A stretch of DNA of 64,000 bases from assembly GCF_004010195.1 (NCBI RefSeq), contig NC_057751.1:11460578-11524577 (forward strand), read 5' to 3'. Position numbers and translations under genes: made by a program. The DNA comes from Chiloscyllium plagiosum (taxonomy: Eukaryota). Below, in pieces: positions 24,350-37,329 of this stretch. Position 1 is the stretch's first letter. Each line of letters starts with the position of its first letter. Under the pieces are notes generated by a model. The model ran no database searches and had not been told where the DNA came from. It was given only the letters and a program-made list of their open reading frames with translations.

Positions 24350-24900
24350 ATAGAGAGACCCGAATGTTCGCGCAAGTGCTGAAAGGTGGCAGGGCAAATT
24401 GATGAGGTGGCCATAGTTTGGGTTTCTTGGGTTCATGAATCGTGAAACTAAATACAGCAGGCAAGACATGATTCCTGAAATGTTTAAGTCACTTGTTGGG
24501 CCTCAGCTTAGCATTTGTGGTCACCGCATTATAATTAAGATGTCAGGATTTTAGAAAAGGTGCAGCAGGAGACGTTAGCCAGTTTGTGACTCTGAATGTG
24601 GAACTTCAGTGATCCAACCATTTGAATTATTTACTGGCAAATGGGAAAGAGTGAAAGGTGATCCAGAGGTCCTGGATTTAAAATTATTGGACAAGAATCT
24701 GGACTTAGATTTTTTTTTCCCCACGTGAAGTTTGAAATGTGAAGCATTGTTCATGGAATCAGTTTTTCCTGAAGAATTTCAAAGGAGTTGGGCAGTTATT
24801 TGAAGATGAGCCACATGCAAGAGTATGGGGGGGAAAAAAGCAGGGACCTAGAACTAAGCATGGCATTTGGAAAGAGAAATTACAGAAACAGTTGACTGGC
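24350..24900 (+). mobile_element. Old decayed CR1 3' region
   Basis: Residual CR1 motifs (gctgaaaggtggcagggcaaattga, gttgggcctcagctt, tggtcaccgcattat). Confidence 0.55.
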
Positions 24901-25354
24901 AAAAAACATGTCTTTTCCTGTCATTTTAGGTTTACAGCTTGATCATCATTCTACTCTTGATGGACACCTTAAACAAGCAGATAATCTCTAAGCACCTATT
25001 TTGGATGCATCTGAGATGTTTATTTTGTTTCACACATGCTTTGTTAATCAGTTTGTTGATGGGTTTTAGTGCAGTTCAATATGTGGATTTCTGAGGTAGG
25101 GATCTACAGTTGCTGAGCACCACTAGTTGTGGAGTGTTTCATTTCGAGATGCTATGATCTACTTGGCACTATTCTGATGCCAGAGGATGGGACAGCATTT
25201 CAGCAAATGATCAATGGGCTATGTAGGGCCGCATGTGACCAAACAAGAAACACAACCCCCATTACAAGAAAATGAGTATATTCATCCCAGATTCTTCACT
25301 GGAGAGCACAAGTTGGTTGTTCAAATGTATTCACTGCAATCACGAAAGGGTGAA

Positions 25355-25930
25355 TTGTGTCTGTTCCCGAGGGTGGGGCATTTCAAGGCAAGACACATTT
25401 TTAAGGTGAAAGGCAAGAGAATATAAAAAAAAATAAGACATGAGGGGCAAATGTTTGACATAGGGAGTGGTCCGTGTCTATGCTGAACTTCCCAACGAAG
25501 TGGTGGATGCAGGTGCAGTTAGTGTTTAAAAGACATTTAGAGAAGTACATGAATAAGAAAGATTTGGCGGGGGTGGGGGGGGGGGGCGGAGAAGAGATGA
25601 TATGGGCCAGGCTACAGCACAGACGTTGGCCATTCAGTCCACTGTATCTGTAGTTTCTCTTCCCAGTAGCCAAGCTTAATTTCACGTCCTTGCTTTTGTT
25701 ACATAATTTTGCACGTGGGATTAGTTTAGAGTTTGGGATTATGGCCGGCAAACTGAAGGGTCTGTTTCCATGCTGTATAACTCTATGACTTGAGATAGAT
25801 ACACGTTTGTTAAGCAAAGATATTAAGGATGTGGGCCAAAGGCAGGTATATGGAGTCAGATGACAGATCAGCCACGATCTCATTGCATGGCGCAACAGTT
25901 CCAAGAGGTTGATGAGCCTCATCCTGTTCC
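25355..25930 (+). mobile_element. CR1 3' end plus adjacent older CR1 tail
   Basis: tttaaggtga..gtggtggatgcaggt..tttaaaagacattt..gaagggtctgtttccatgctgtataactctatgact; a second tail occupies 25790-25930. Confidence 0.75.
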
Positions 25931-27767
25931 AGATCCAGTGCTGCTCGCATATATTGTTTGAAGTTAACCAAATGACGACTGGGCATTGTAGAAGTTTTTA
26001 GTGAGTTAGTAGGATGCTGGGCAAGTTGGTCATGAACAGGTCCAGGCAATTGTGGCAGCAGGGATGTGGTCAAGGCTGCCAAATATCTGCCTCTCTTGCA
26101 CAGCTACGGTTGGGTCTAGGTTTCATTTGGAGAGGGAGAATGTTGCGTCCTCAAGTGCTCTTGATGTCTTCAGAGAGAGTTGGGCACCGCAGGGGTAGAG
26201 TATTTTATCTCCCCTTTGAACTGTATTTTGATTTTGTCCCTTTCTTCTCTCCCTCCCTCCCCTCTCCCTCACCTTTGATTTGCATCACCCTTAGTGGGCT
26301 TTGCATCTAAGTTAATCAGATGGAAATCATGGCTGGTTTACTGGTGATGGAGGCATGGAGAATTAAGTTCATTTGTGTCAAACAGCATTTATGGATTTGA
26401 AGGAAGAGGGTCAAAAAAGCCACTGGACAATTATTTGTAACGTGGGAAGCCATGTTACAGGGGTTCATTCATCGAAGGAGGCACGATGGATAAATCCATG
26501 GCTTCCTCAAACTCCTATCCAATCGTTTGTTGGAAAACCCACAGTGAACCTTCGGTTTTGTAATGCCGCCTGTCTCATTGCACACTTTGCCACACAAATC
26601 AGGTGCAGTACTCGCAATCTGGGCTGTTGCAAAGAATTTCCATCTTCAAGAAGAATTGCAGCTTTTCTGCACACCCGTGTCAGAGTGAGATTTATTCAGA
26701 ATAAGATGACACATTGCAAATCAAAACACTCCACTGCGTTCCTGACATTTCAGTGTGGTGTTTCATTGCACGGTGACCCACAGATTCAGCCCCCTGTTAC
26801 CCTGTATGGCATCTCACTGTCCTGTAGAGGGCCATTGTGGTCCTGTGTCCCACTGCACAGTGACAAGTGCCACACACATTGATTCCATTTTGGTTCGCAG
26901 CACTGCGCAACCCCATGTCAAACGACATGAGGAAATATCTTGATCAGGAAATGACAGGTCAAAGAAATGAGGGAAAAAACACAACCACCAGGAATGAATG
27001 ACGTTCCAGTAAACAATGCCTGCTGTCATGCTGTCTGCTCAGGTGCATTGAACGACACATGATTCAGTTGTAATTTCTGTAATTGAGCTCATCTATTTTC
27101 TTATCTTTTGACAATAAAAATGCTGAAGATAATCCTGGTGTTTATATTTTATAAATCTCCAGTAAAAGATCAAGACCTCTCTGATCAGATGTTTATTTCA
27201 TGAGCTGCTGACTAGAATCTAATGGCACAATTTTAATATTTATGATGAATAGTTCAGCAAGAGCTTTTAATCATGATTTCTGTATTGTACACTTCATTTC
27301 CAGTTGATACAGAGCTGCAAATTGCAACTTTTGTCATCTAATAGGACCTAAATCACCTTGCAACGGTGAATGAATTCATTAAAAAACCTCATATTGCTCC
27401 TCACTGGAATTAATTAATCCTTGGACTTTGAGTGTCAATTCTGATTTGTCTGAAACCCACAGTCGTTGGTCATCCTGGGCTCTTGCTCAACAATCCGTAG
27501 CAGAGGGAAGGGTAGGGTGGGTGAAACACAGCAGCAGGTACAGGAAGAGGACGGAGACCACGATTCTGGTTGAGTGAATTTGATCTGTTTGAAGGCCAAT
27601 TGGATCATACAGTTGGTTGTACCTATGGTGAAGTGGAAGAAACATTGATTTACGTTTGGCACAAAGGGAGGTCAGAATGCATGTTCCCTGTTTTGAAGGA
27701 ATCATGATCGACACTTTATCGGGCGGTGGGGGTTGGAGTTTTGGCACTGGGTACTGGGAGAGAGAAG

Positions 27768-27858
27768 CTGAAAATGTGTTGCTGGAAAAGCGCAGCAGGT
27801 TAGGCAGCATCCAAGGAGCAGGAGAATCGATGTTTCGGGCATGAGCCCTTCTTCAGGA
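27768..27858 (-). mobile_element. 91-bp Penelope hammerhead mini-element with 15-bp target duplication
   Basis: Minus strand tcctgaagaagggctcatgcccgaaacatcgattctcctgc...; actgggagagagaag at 27753-27767 and 27859-27873. Confidence 0.9.
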
Positions 27859-28845
27859 ACTGGGAGAGAGAAGACATGGGGGAAGAGGGTATAGAAAAGT
27901 AAGGGAGAGAAAGTAATGTCTCGGACTTTGGGGAGGGAGCGGGTACAGTATATATGTATGAGGGAAGCGAGTGTGTCAGTGATGGGTTGGAGAGGTACAG
28001 GGTGTTTGAGAGAGGGAGTAACCAGTGTGCGGATGATGGGGTGGTGTCAGCAAGAGAGGAATACAGGGTATTGGTGATGGAGCAGAGAGGGAGCCAGAGG
28101 GTGTGTGGGTGAAGGGGAAGTTGATTATTAAAAAAGAAAATAGCAGCTGCAATTCAACAGAAAATAATAATTTTCCATTAAATTCCAGCTGCAGCTTGCT
28201 GTGGTAACACCGGTCTTGTGTCTTGTAATTTAATGATTTTAGCAAGGAGTGACAATTCTTGTCAGTGTTATTTATGGAAGATTTAATTGGCCATTATTTG
28301 ACCTTCTAAGCTATATTTGTCTGTAATGAGCAGTATAGTAAAAGATTGAGTGGCGAGGCTGATTGTATGTCTGCTGTATTGTGACTCTGTTCTAGAGTTG
28401 TGGTAAGATGGTGGATGTGTAGGGCGTCTGAGCCCAGGCGTTCCTCCACTCCATCTGCTTTTCATTTTGCTTCTTTTCTATCTTTTCTCTCTTTTTTTTC
28501 TGTTTCTTCATTTACCTCTTGTTGAAGAGCATGGTGACAGCACCAGTGACGGTGAGGGAGCCCAGCAGCATGGACTCAGTGGTGTCAGAGGCATGTTTGG
28601 GTTCCCATCTGCTTTGGTATCTTTGAGGCAATCCCCACACTGCCTCATGGCTGTTGTGGGGGAAGCGAGTCTAGGCCCACTATGAGACTGGCAGCATCAG
28701 CAACAGCTGTGTTGGTGGGTTTCAGCAAAAACTCAGTGGCATGCTTGTCGCTGGAGGTGAGATGGCGCCAGCATCCATGGCATTTTGATGGAGACTTGTG
28801 CCAGCCCACCAGCCCATGGTGGACCACTTAACAAGAAGGACTGTA

Positions 28846-30125
28846 AAGTCATAGAGATGTGAAGCACGGAAACAGATCCTTCGATCCAACTTGTCCATGC
28901 CATCCAGATATCCCAACCTAATCTAGTCCCATTTGCCAGCACATGGCCCATATCCCTCTAAACCCTTCCTATGAATGTACACGTCCAGTTGACTTTTAAA
29001 TATTGTCATTGTACCAGCCTCCACCACCACTTCTGGCAGCTCATTCTATACCCGTCCCACCCTCTGCGTGCAGAAGTTGCCCCTTCGCTCCCTTTTACAG
29101 AGGAACCTCCATTGTCTGAATATCCGTTATCTGAATTTCAGATTATCCGAAGGAGATCTCAAGCTCCTGATAGAAACATTATATCAAAGAGGTGTTTCCA
29201 ACACTGATCGTACCTTTTGTTTACAATGATTAAAAATGAATCCGGCTTACTGAAATGCTGGTGAGAACAGTCCTGGACATCAGTGGGAACCCAGGCACGT
29301 TCTCCAAATGACTGGCCGCCAGCCCTCTCTCTTTCTCCCCATACTTTCCCTGGAGTTCTGCACAAGGGTGTACTCCTGAATGCCCCACCCCCCCTTCCCC
29401 AGATAATCTTGCCAACATTGTCCTATTCAGGACAAAGATGGAACTTGTTATGGGGTGTGTGTGTGTGTGTGTGTGTCTGCGTCTGCGCGCTATTTGGAGA
29501 CTCCTCTCCCCCAAAGGCAGCAGCACTCTTCCTGTTGGTGTCCAGTTGGCTGCCCGGGAGATGGGAGGGAGGGGTGGAGTGCAAGTGGGGGCAGACAGGG
29601 AGGTGGGCTGGTGGGAGGATGGTGGGTGGGGCAGATGGAGCGCAGTTGGACAGGGTTGGGGGGTGTCGCACGTGGTGTGCTGCTGCCTATTCTTCTGAAC
29701 AGGGGGCGGACTTTGCAAGTGTTCGCTGTGTCAACCCAATTGAACTGAATGGGGAAACGCTGGAAGCTTCAGCAATGCTGCAGGTCCCTTACACACAAGT
29801 GTGTGTCTGCTCAGAAATAAACCCTGAGACAGAGAGAGGGGGCAAGGCAGGTAGAGCGAGGGAAAAGGAAACTTCACAAAACTCCAAACCCCAGGGGAGA
29901 AGCACTGAATCAATTGTCCCAACGAAATAGCGCCCACCCGTCTCGTTCGGATAATTGAGGTTCCTCTGTATATCTTTCCCTTTTCACCCTCAACTTATGC
30001 CCTCTAGTCTTGTACTCCCCTACTCCAGGGAAAAAACACCTTGTGTATTTATCCGATCCATACCCCTCATGATTTTATAAAACTCTATAAGGTCACCCCT
30101 CAGCCTCCAATGCTCCAGGGAAAAG
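28846..30125 (-). mobile_element. CR1/HER1 3' end split by a DNA transposon
   Basis: 28846-29097 and 29969-30125 rejoin as cccttttatatctttccc, colinear with the CR1 copy at ~3500. Confidence 0.88.
29098..29968. mobile_element. 871-bp non-autonomous Tc1/mariner (Tigger/pogo-like) DNA transposon
   Basis: TIRs CAGAGGAACCTCcATTgTCtGAA and CAGAGGAACCTCaATTaTCcGAA (20/23), TA duplication at 29096-97 and 29969-70, subterminal ttatc(c/t)gaa repeats, no transposase ORF. Confidence 0.9.
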
Positions 30126-31129
30126 AGCAAAAGTTGAACACTTTTTCTTGTTTTCATTTTTCTCCTGTTTGTATTCTGTGGTTTGGTTTGTTTTTCTGGG
30201 TTTTAAGACGGTGCTTTTGCACTACTTTGTAAGAAATGAGTAATTGAAATCAAACCAAATCAAGTCAGAATTACTGCCATGCAACTGGTCCGGGTAGAAA
30301 CCTTTGCTCCAAAATGGTGCAGTGAACCTTTCACTGGGACTCCACTCCTGCAGCTGTGAATTACTGCTGCCCCTTTCACTGAAAGAATCAAGTGATGAGA
30401 ACCAATCAGGGTGCTCAAAATGTGAGATTAAACTGAGAGCCCTGAACTGGGTTTCACCTCCTGAGCATCCATCTCGTCACTGTGAAATGGATGGCCGTAC
30501 TGAGAACACGACATATTGTACAGGATTGCTGGCAGTGATTAATAACCATTCCAACACTGTTAGGGAGCAGGAGAATAGCCACAAGAAGCAGGGGAAGTGG
30601 TTATCCCTTCTCATACTAGTGGGCTTGTTGGTTATCTCATTTAGCAATTAGTCAGGTAAGTATGAGACAGAGACACTTGCATCTGGATTCAAATGTAATG
30701 TTGTGATGTGTCTGATGCTTTGTAATGAATTTACGTGCGTGCTTGCCTCCTGGATTGAGCTGGTCGTGTTTCCTCTTTGGTGAGGGAAGATGAAAATTTG
30801 TGGCATTTTGTGGGTTCAGGTTAGTTCTCGGGTGAAGCAAGCTTTGTTTATTATGCAGGGAGAAGTGCTGGATGATCCCATTGAGTGCTGAGTTCAGTCT
30901 GTGCATTGTTGACCAGAGTCTCAGAAAGGCCTGTCTGGAAAATAGCTCAGCAGTTCCCTGGAGAACAGGAGTGTGTAGACTGTATCCTTTTTTGCTCTCT
31001 GGTGGTTTAGTGGTCAGGGTTTTCCTGGTGCCAGCGACTGTCACATCTCCTGTTGATGTGATTTTTTTTTAACAATGTGGAGCTCATTGCTGCCGATACA
31101 GGAAGATGGGACTGTCATTTGTACTGAAT

Positions 31130-31445
31130 CCTTTACAACCCCATAGTATCTCATTGCTTTACAACCATTCCGTACTTTAAATGTTGTTTCTGTTTATAAC
31201 TAAGGAAACCTAGCAGCCAAATTGTGTGCAGCAAGACCCCACAATACCTCTTTGGTAATGATGGGCTAATATATTTTCATAATGTTGACTGAGGCTAAAC
31301 AATTCAAAGGACACTGGGTTGGGAGCAGAGAGTACTCAATGTAATGCCATATCATCTTTCACAGCTTTCATTTGTGTGCAGTAATCACCTTTTGGTTTTA
31401 ATATCTCATCTGTATCACTGATGGCGCAGTACTCCATCAGTACAG
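31130..31445 (-). mobile_element. Decayed DeuSINE-like SINE
   Basis: ggaaacctagcagccaaattgtgtgcagcaagaccccaca matches the 9718 copy. Confidence 0.55.
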
Positions 31446-32459
31446 TAAGTAAACCAAGTGCAGCAATGTAGCTATTTTTAAAAAGAGAGCCCACTTGGGA
31501 GAATGAAGAAGCTGTGTAGCATGAAGCTTTGTGTGAACTGTATACTGTAGTGAAGTGACCTAAAATTACATTCAGAACCTTTCACTGAACCTCCGGAGGT
31601 TTGAAACATCATTTCTGCAAGTTGTTGAGAATCTCGGTTTGTCCACAGATTTTATGTGCTGTCACTGAGTAATTCCATCCGCAAAGCTGAGTCGACTTCT
31701 GAAACCAACCTTGTTCAAGCTGAAGAGTAGCACTGCCAAGTGTGGGTGAGAGGCAGCACAAATTGTCCAGCCTGAAATGTTGGACCGACAGGTCCTTGGC
31801 CATCAGAGAGACTTAGTGAAGGGTCTCTGGGGTAATGTGACACAGTAGCAGGATTGCTGATCAATTTGTCTTGAGGGCAAGGGGTCACAAGTAAGTCCAA
31901 GTGGTAATTTGGAGAGACAAGCTAAGTGTGCTGTAGATTTGAATCTGCATCAAAGAATCAAAGTGATTTCCAGTCTGTGCCTCTTCACTCCAATTATATG
32001 GTAACTGTGCTTGAGCATCGGATTTGGAAATAATTATGATATATCCAACAAGGATGCCTGTTTCCCAATGGGCTATTTGTAAAACCACAGGGTGAACTCC
32101 AGCTGAGTGAACATCAAAATAACAATGACCTTTGGTCAGAAAGATTCCAGTTGCACTCACTCATGAGTGCAGTTTTCAGATTTTGCTTCCTTACTATGTG
32201 TTTGCATGTGTCTATGAGTGCACGCACTTGGAGGATATATGAATATGTAAACAGGAAATGCTGAGAGGAGTGCTTTCAGTTAACTGTTCTCGTGTGTCAA
32301 GCCTTTTTTGAAAAAGGTATCTTATTTTGCAACTGGATTTGTCACTGCCAGGTTAGCTTAAGTAGCATTTGGTGGGTATAGACTGGTGGTGCCCTTGCAT
32401 GAGAGAACTTAATTCAGTGGTTCCCCTAAGCCATGCCTTGGTCTGGATTCAGTTTCACG

Positions 32460-32660
32460 TATGAGAAATGTGTGCGCTGGAAAAGCACAGCAGATCAGGC
32501 AGCATCCAAGGAGCAGGAGAGTCAATGTTTCGGGCATAAGGTCCTCATCACATTCCCGATGAAGGTCTTATGCCCAAAATGTCGACTCTCCTGCCGTGCT
32601 TTTCCAGCGCCACACTTTTCGACTCTGACTTTCCAGTACACTGCAGTCCTCACTTTCTCC
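32460..32660. mobile_element. Inverted pair of Penelope hammerhead termini
   Basis: Minus arm 32465-32550 (gctggaaaagcacagc..tttcgggcataagg.cctcatca) abuts plus arm 32551-32660 (cattcccgatgaagg.cttatgccc..ctgcagtcctcactttctcc). Confidence 0.85.
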
Positions 32661-33214
32661 CAATTTCACTGATGGTTTGGACTTGTCACGTGTGGTGACG
32701 ATGGTCTTGGTTTCTTCGTTCAGTTTTGGCCCAGACTGCTGGGTTTGACCAGGTCCCTTTTCCCCTCCCTTTCCTGAAAGGGGGGGGGGGGGGGGATAAC
32801 AGAAGCCGGCAGCATGGGAAAATATCAGTTCGAACATAGAGGAAAATTGGGTATCGCTGTCTTGGAACTATTCTTCTCCAGCAAGTGTGTCCAGCAGCAA
32901 GATCAGGGATCAGAATCACAGGCCCATAAGCAGTACCCAGACCCATCCCATGTTCCCCAATCCAAACATGGCAGTCCTAGGAGCCAGTGTCTGAGCCACA
33001 ATATCCACACCATGTCGCACTGAAAATGGTCAAAGCACCTTCATGGAACATGTCTGTGGTAGAGGGAGACAGGTACTCAGCTTGTAAGAGGTTGTCTATA
33101 AAATGGAGTTGAGACCACAACCCAACCAACCATAATATTAATCGAGGAGCAGCTTGAAGGGCTGAGTGGCCTACTCCTCCTTATTCATATGTTTGTGACA
33201 AACAGTGAGTATTA

Positions 33215-35250
33215 AGATAACAATGCGGAGGAATGGGATTGTGGGAGACATAACAGTTTGGATCAGTAATTGGCTTGCTGAAAGAAAACAGAGGGTTGTA
33301 GTTGATGGAACATGTTCATCTTGGTGTCCAGTTAGTAGTGGCGTACCGCAAGGGTCAGTGTTGGGTCCACTGGTGTTCGTCATTTTTATAAATGACCTGG
33401 ATGAGGGCTTAGAAGGGTGGGTTCATAAATTTGCAGACGACACCAAGGTCGGTGGAGTTGTGGATAGTGACGAAGGATGTAGTAGGTTGCAGAGAGACAT
33501 GGACAGGATGCAGAGCTGGGCTGAGAGGTGGCAAATGGAGTTTAGTGTGGACAAGTGTGAGGTGATACACTTTGGACAGAGTAATCGGAATGCAAAGTAC
33601 TGAGCTAATGGTAAGATTCTTGGGAGTGCAGATGAGCAGAGAGACCTCCGTGTCCATGTACACAGATCCTTGAAAGTTGCCACCCAGATTGATGGGGTTG
33701 TTAAGAAGGCATACAGTTTTATGGCCTTTATTAACCGAGGGATTGAGTTCCAGAACCAGGAGGTTATGCTGCAGCTGTACAAAGCTCTGGTACGGCCGCA
33801 GCTGGAGTATTGTGTGCAGTTCTGGTCACCGCATTATAAGAAATTACAGACCAGTGAGTCTCACTTCAGTTGTTGGTAAAGTGTTGGAAAAGGTTCTAAG
33901 AGATAGGATTTACAACCATCTGGAAAAGAATAATCTGATCAGGGACAGTCAGCGCAGTTTTGTGAAGGGTAGGTCGTGCCTAACGAATCTTGTTGAGTTT
34001 TTTGACAAAGTGACCAAACAGGTAGATGAGAGAAAACAATTTGATGTGGTGTATATGGATTTCAGCAAGGCGTTCAATAAGGTTCCCCACAGTGGGCTAT
34101 TATACAAAATATGGAGGAATGGGATTGTGGGAGACATAGCAGTTTGGATCAGTAATTGGCTTGCTGAAAGAAAACAGAGGGTTATAGTTGATGGAACATG
34201 TTCATCTTGGTGTCCAGTTACTAGCGGGGTACTGCAAAGGTCGGTGTTGGGTCCACTGCTGTTCGTCATTCTATAAAAGACCTAAATGAGGGCTTAGAAC
34301 GGTGGGTTAGTAAATTTGCGGATGACACTAAGGTCGGTGGAGTTGTGGATAGTGACGAAGGATGTAGTAGGTTGCAGAGAGACATAGATAGGATGCAGAG
34401 CTGGGCTGAGAGGTGGCAACTGGAGTTTAGTGTGGACAAGTGTGAGGTGATACTCCACTCCAAGGAGCAGGAGAATCGACGTTTCGGGCATAAGCCCTTC
34501 TTCAGGAATGAGGAAAGTGTGTCCAGCAGGACTGGGCTAATGGTAAGATTCTTGGTAGTGTAAATGAGCAGAGAGATCTCGGTGTCCAGGTACACGGATC
34601 CCTGAAAGTTGCCACCCAGGTTGACAGGGTTGTTAAGAAGGCATACAGTGTTTTGGCCTTTATTAATAGAGGGATTGAGTTCCGGAACGATGAGGTTATG
34701 CTGCAGCTGTACAAAGCTCTGGTACGGCCACACTTGGAGTATTGTGTATAGTTCTAGTTACTGCATTATAAGAAGGATGTGGAAGCTTTGGAAAGGGTGC
34801 AGAGGAGATTTACTAGGATGTTGCCTGGTATGGAAGGAATGCCTTAAGGGAAAGGCTGAGGGCCTTAAGGCTGTTCTCGTTAGAGAGGACAAAGTTGAGA
34901 GGTGACTTAATAGAGACATACAAGATAATCAGAGGGTTAGATAGGGTGGACAGGGAGAGTCTCCAAGTATGGGGACTGCAAACACGAAAGGACACAACTT
35001 TAAAGTGGGGGGAGATAGGTATAAGACAGATGTTAGAGGTAGTTTCTTTACTCAGAGTAGTGAGGGTATGGAATGCTTTGCCTGCAACGGGAGTAGATTA
35101 CTCAAGTTTAAGTGCATTTAAGTCGTCATTGGACAGGCACATGAACGTACATGGAATAGTGTAGGTGAGATGGGCTTCAGATTGGTATGACAGGGCGGCG
35201 CAACGTCCAGGGCCGAAGGGCCTGTACTGTGCTGTAATGTTCTATGATCT
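33215..35250 (+). mobile_element. Young CR1 LINE RT region with ~630-bp internal tandem duplication
   Basis: RNGIVGDI.VWISNWL..GVPQGSVLGP..KFADDTK occurs at 33222-33841 and again at ~34110-34772. NYRPVSLTSVVGK starts at 33842. 3' tail ctgtactgtgctgtaatgttctatg. Confidence 0.93.
34474..34510 (-). ncRNA. Minimal hammerhead ribozyme motif in a 77-bp Penelope patch (34454-34530)
   Basis: CAUUC-CUGAAGA-A-GGGC(UUAU)GCCC-GAAACGUC-GAUU: intact core, ACGU palindrome, GUC triplet, short and imperfect stem I. Confidence 0.7.
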
Positions 35251-35894
35251 AATAAGCCGCACTGTTAAACATTATGAATATGAGAACATGCAAGGTTAAA
35301 AATACATGTTTTGTAAGAGCTTTTTAAACCACTGTTAAGCTTTGATCAAGATTGTGATATGATTGCTACCTCCAGTACTGCTTTTAAAGATTACTGCTGC
35401 TGTAACCTTCTGTCCTGTTTGTACTGTGGGAGTGTTGCCATGACCAAGACCTCCATGTTTATCACCAGAATAATATTTTGGGGTGTTTCTTTCAGTAAGT
35501 AGTTTTATCAGATCTGCTACATTTTCAATGCTTTAGTTTCCTTGATATGCTACTGAACATAACTGAGCAGCGTTTGTGTGTGTGCGCCCGCGATAGATGT
35601 TTCCTGTGAATAAACTATATTTTGAACAGGTTTTAAAAAAAAATCAGTTCTGTGTTGAGGGCAGTTTTGTAACTTCAGCTACCATCTGACTTTCCAAAAA
35701 GCACTCTCCAAATGTGACCAGTCTCTCTTTTGTTTTGATGCTGACTATTATTGGAGAAAGGGTACATTTCACTTCTCAGTGAACTACACCTTGGACACCT
35801 AAATGGATATTTGACAATCTTCACCTGACATTAGCAGCTTCCGAATGGCATTGCCAGCTTAAAACATCGGGAGAGCTGGCCATTGGAGCTGGTG

Positions 35895-36120
35895 CCATTT
35901 TAAGAAAGCAAATCTTAGCAGGACTTATACACTTAATGGGAAGGTCCGAGGGAGTGTAGCTGAACAAAGAGATCTTGGCATGCAGATTCACAGCTCCTTG
36001 AAAGTGGAATTGCAGGTGGATAGGATCGTGAAGAAGGCATTTGGTATGCTTTCCTTTATTGGTCAGAGTATTGAGTACAGGAGTTGGGCGGTCATGTTGC
36101 AGCTGTACAGGACAGTTAGA
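35895..36120 (+). mobile_element. CR1/HER1 internal fragment
   Basis: QIHSSLKVELQVDRIVKKAFGMLSFIGQSIEYRSW, the same family as 16098. Confidence 0.88.
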
Positions 36121-37329
36121 CTAGTCCTTGCTGTATATTTTACAACATCAAGGCCTTCTCTAGCTACAATTAGCTTGTATTCCAGTATTTAGTATTATTG
36201 GACAATAAATGGTATTATTTTGAAGTCTCAGCCCGAAGATACATCTTGACTTTGCCCTCTCCTTGATAGGCCTATTTTGAATCATCAAGCCACATGGTAA
36301 ATGACACATGACAAAAGTAGACATTCCAGCTTTGACCAGGGTTCCTGTCCCACATGACCAGTTCCCTCTAGATTAAACTGGCAGCTGATAGTCATTGTCT
36401 TCACTGCTTTGGGGCGAAAGGCCATAGCTCATGTGCAATGAAATGGTCCATGCCTCTGAGCCAGGAGGTTTCAAATACCACCTGCTCCCAGGGGTGCGTA
36501 ATGACATCTCTAAATGGGAAGAATGGCTACTATTGAAGAGACCAAGATGGGAAAGGGTCAGAAGAGCATGGAAAGGCAATCAAAAAGCTTGTCTTGTCCA
36601 TCTCTCTGAACAGAAACTGTCCCATTGGAAGATGCAACTCCTTACACAAGTCTGCTTCAGATCAGTGATGATCTCCACACATGGAAACAATAGTGACAAA
36701 ATTGAAACTCACCGGTGTGAGGATTTATGTGTGAACTAAAAGAAAATACAAGATTCTGTGCTTGTTAAGCATCACAACAGTTGGAAACAATTTGGGTTTA
36801 CAAATTGTTGACAATACGTTTTGTTTCCTTGAGTGCTAATCACACTTGCAGATTTTGTTGTTTAGAGAACAAACAGTGCTGGAAATATTCAGTAGGTTAG
36901 ACAGCATCAGTTGACAGAATAAGCAAGCTGATATTTCAGGTTGATAACCTTGTGGATATCTGAAGGTTCTCCAAACCCATGGCTCCGTCATCCTCAGTTG
37001 CACCAAATATTTAACTTTTCCCCATTTTCAGGGGTGGCATTCAAGCCTTGGCCCACAGGACCCTGAAACCAAATGAATTTCCTGGTTATGTGCGGTTACA
37101 TTTCTCTGTCTGCTGTAAATCCTGCTCTCAGTCATAGACAAAGGCTGTGCTATTTCTGTCTTAATTACTGTAAAATAGAAGCCTTTTCATCTCATGATGC
37201 TGTAAAATGAAACCCATGATAATGTTACAATCCTTACGATATACAAGACAAAGAAATGAAGTTGAGACATAAGGATACTCAGTCGGTGTAATTATCAGAA
37301 AGCTTCCTGTTCCATTAAATTGAGAGCAA

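Noticed and set aside
29283..29930. 215-aa ORF as a transposase
   Set aside because: Low-complexity translation of TG/G-rich sequence; no HTH or DDE/D motif.
33205..35164. Active or domesticated reverse transcriptase gene
   Set aside because: Stops, frameshifts, internal duplication and a foreign patch; no endonuclease domain.
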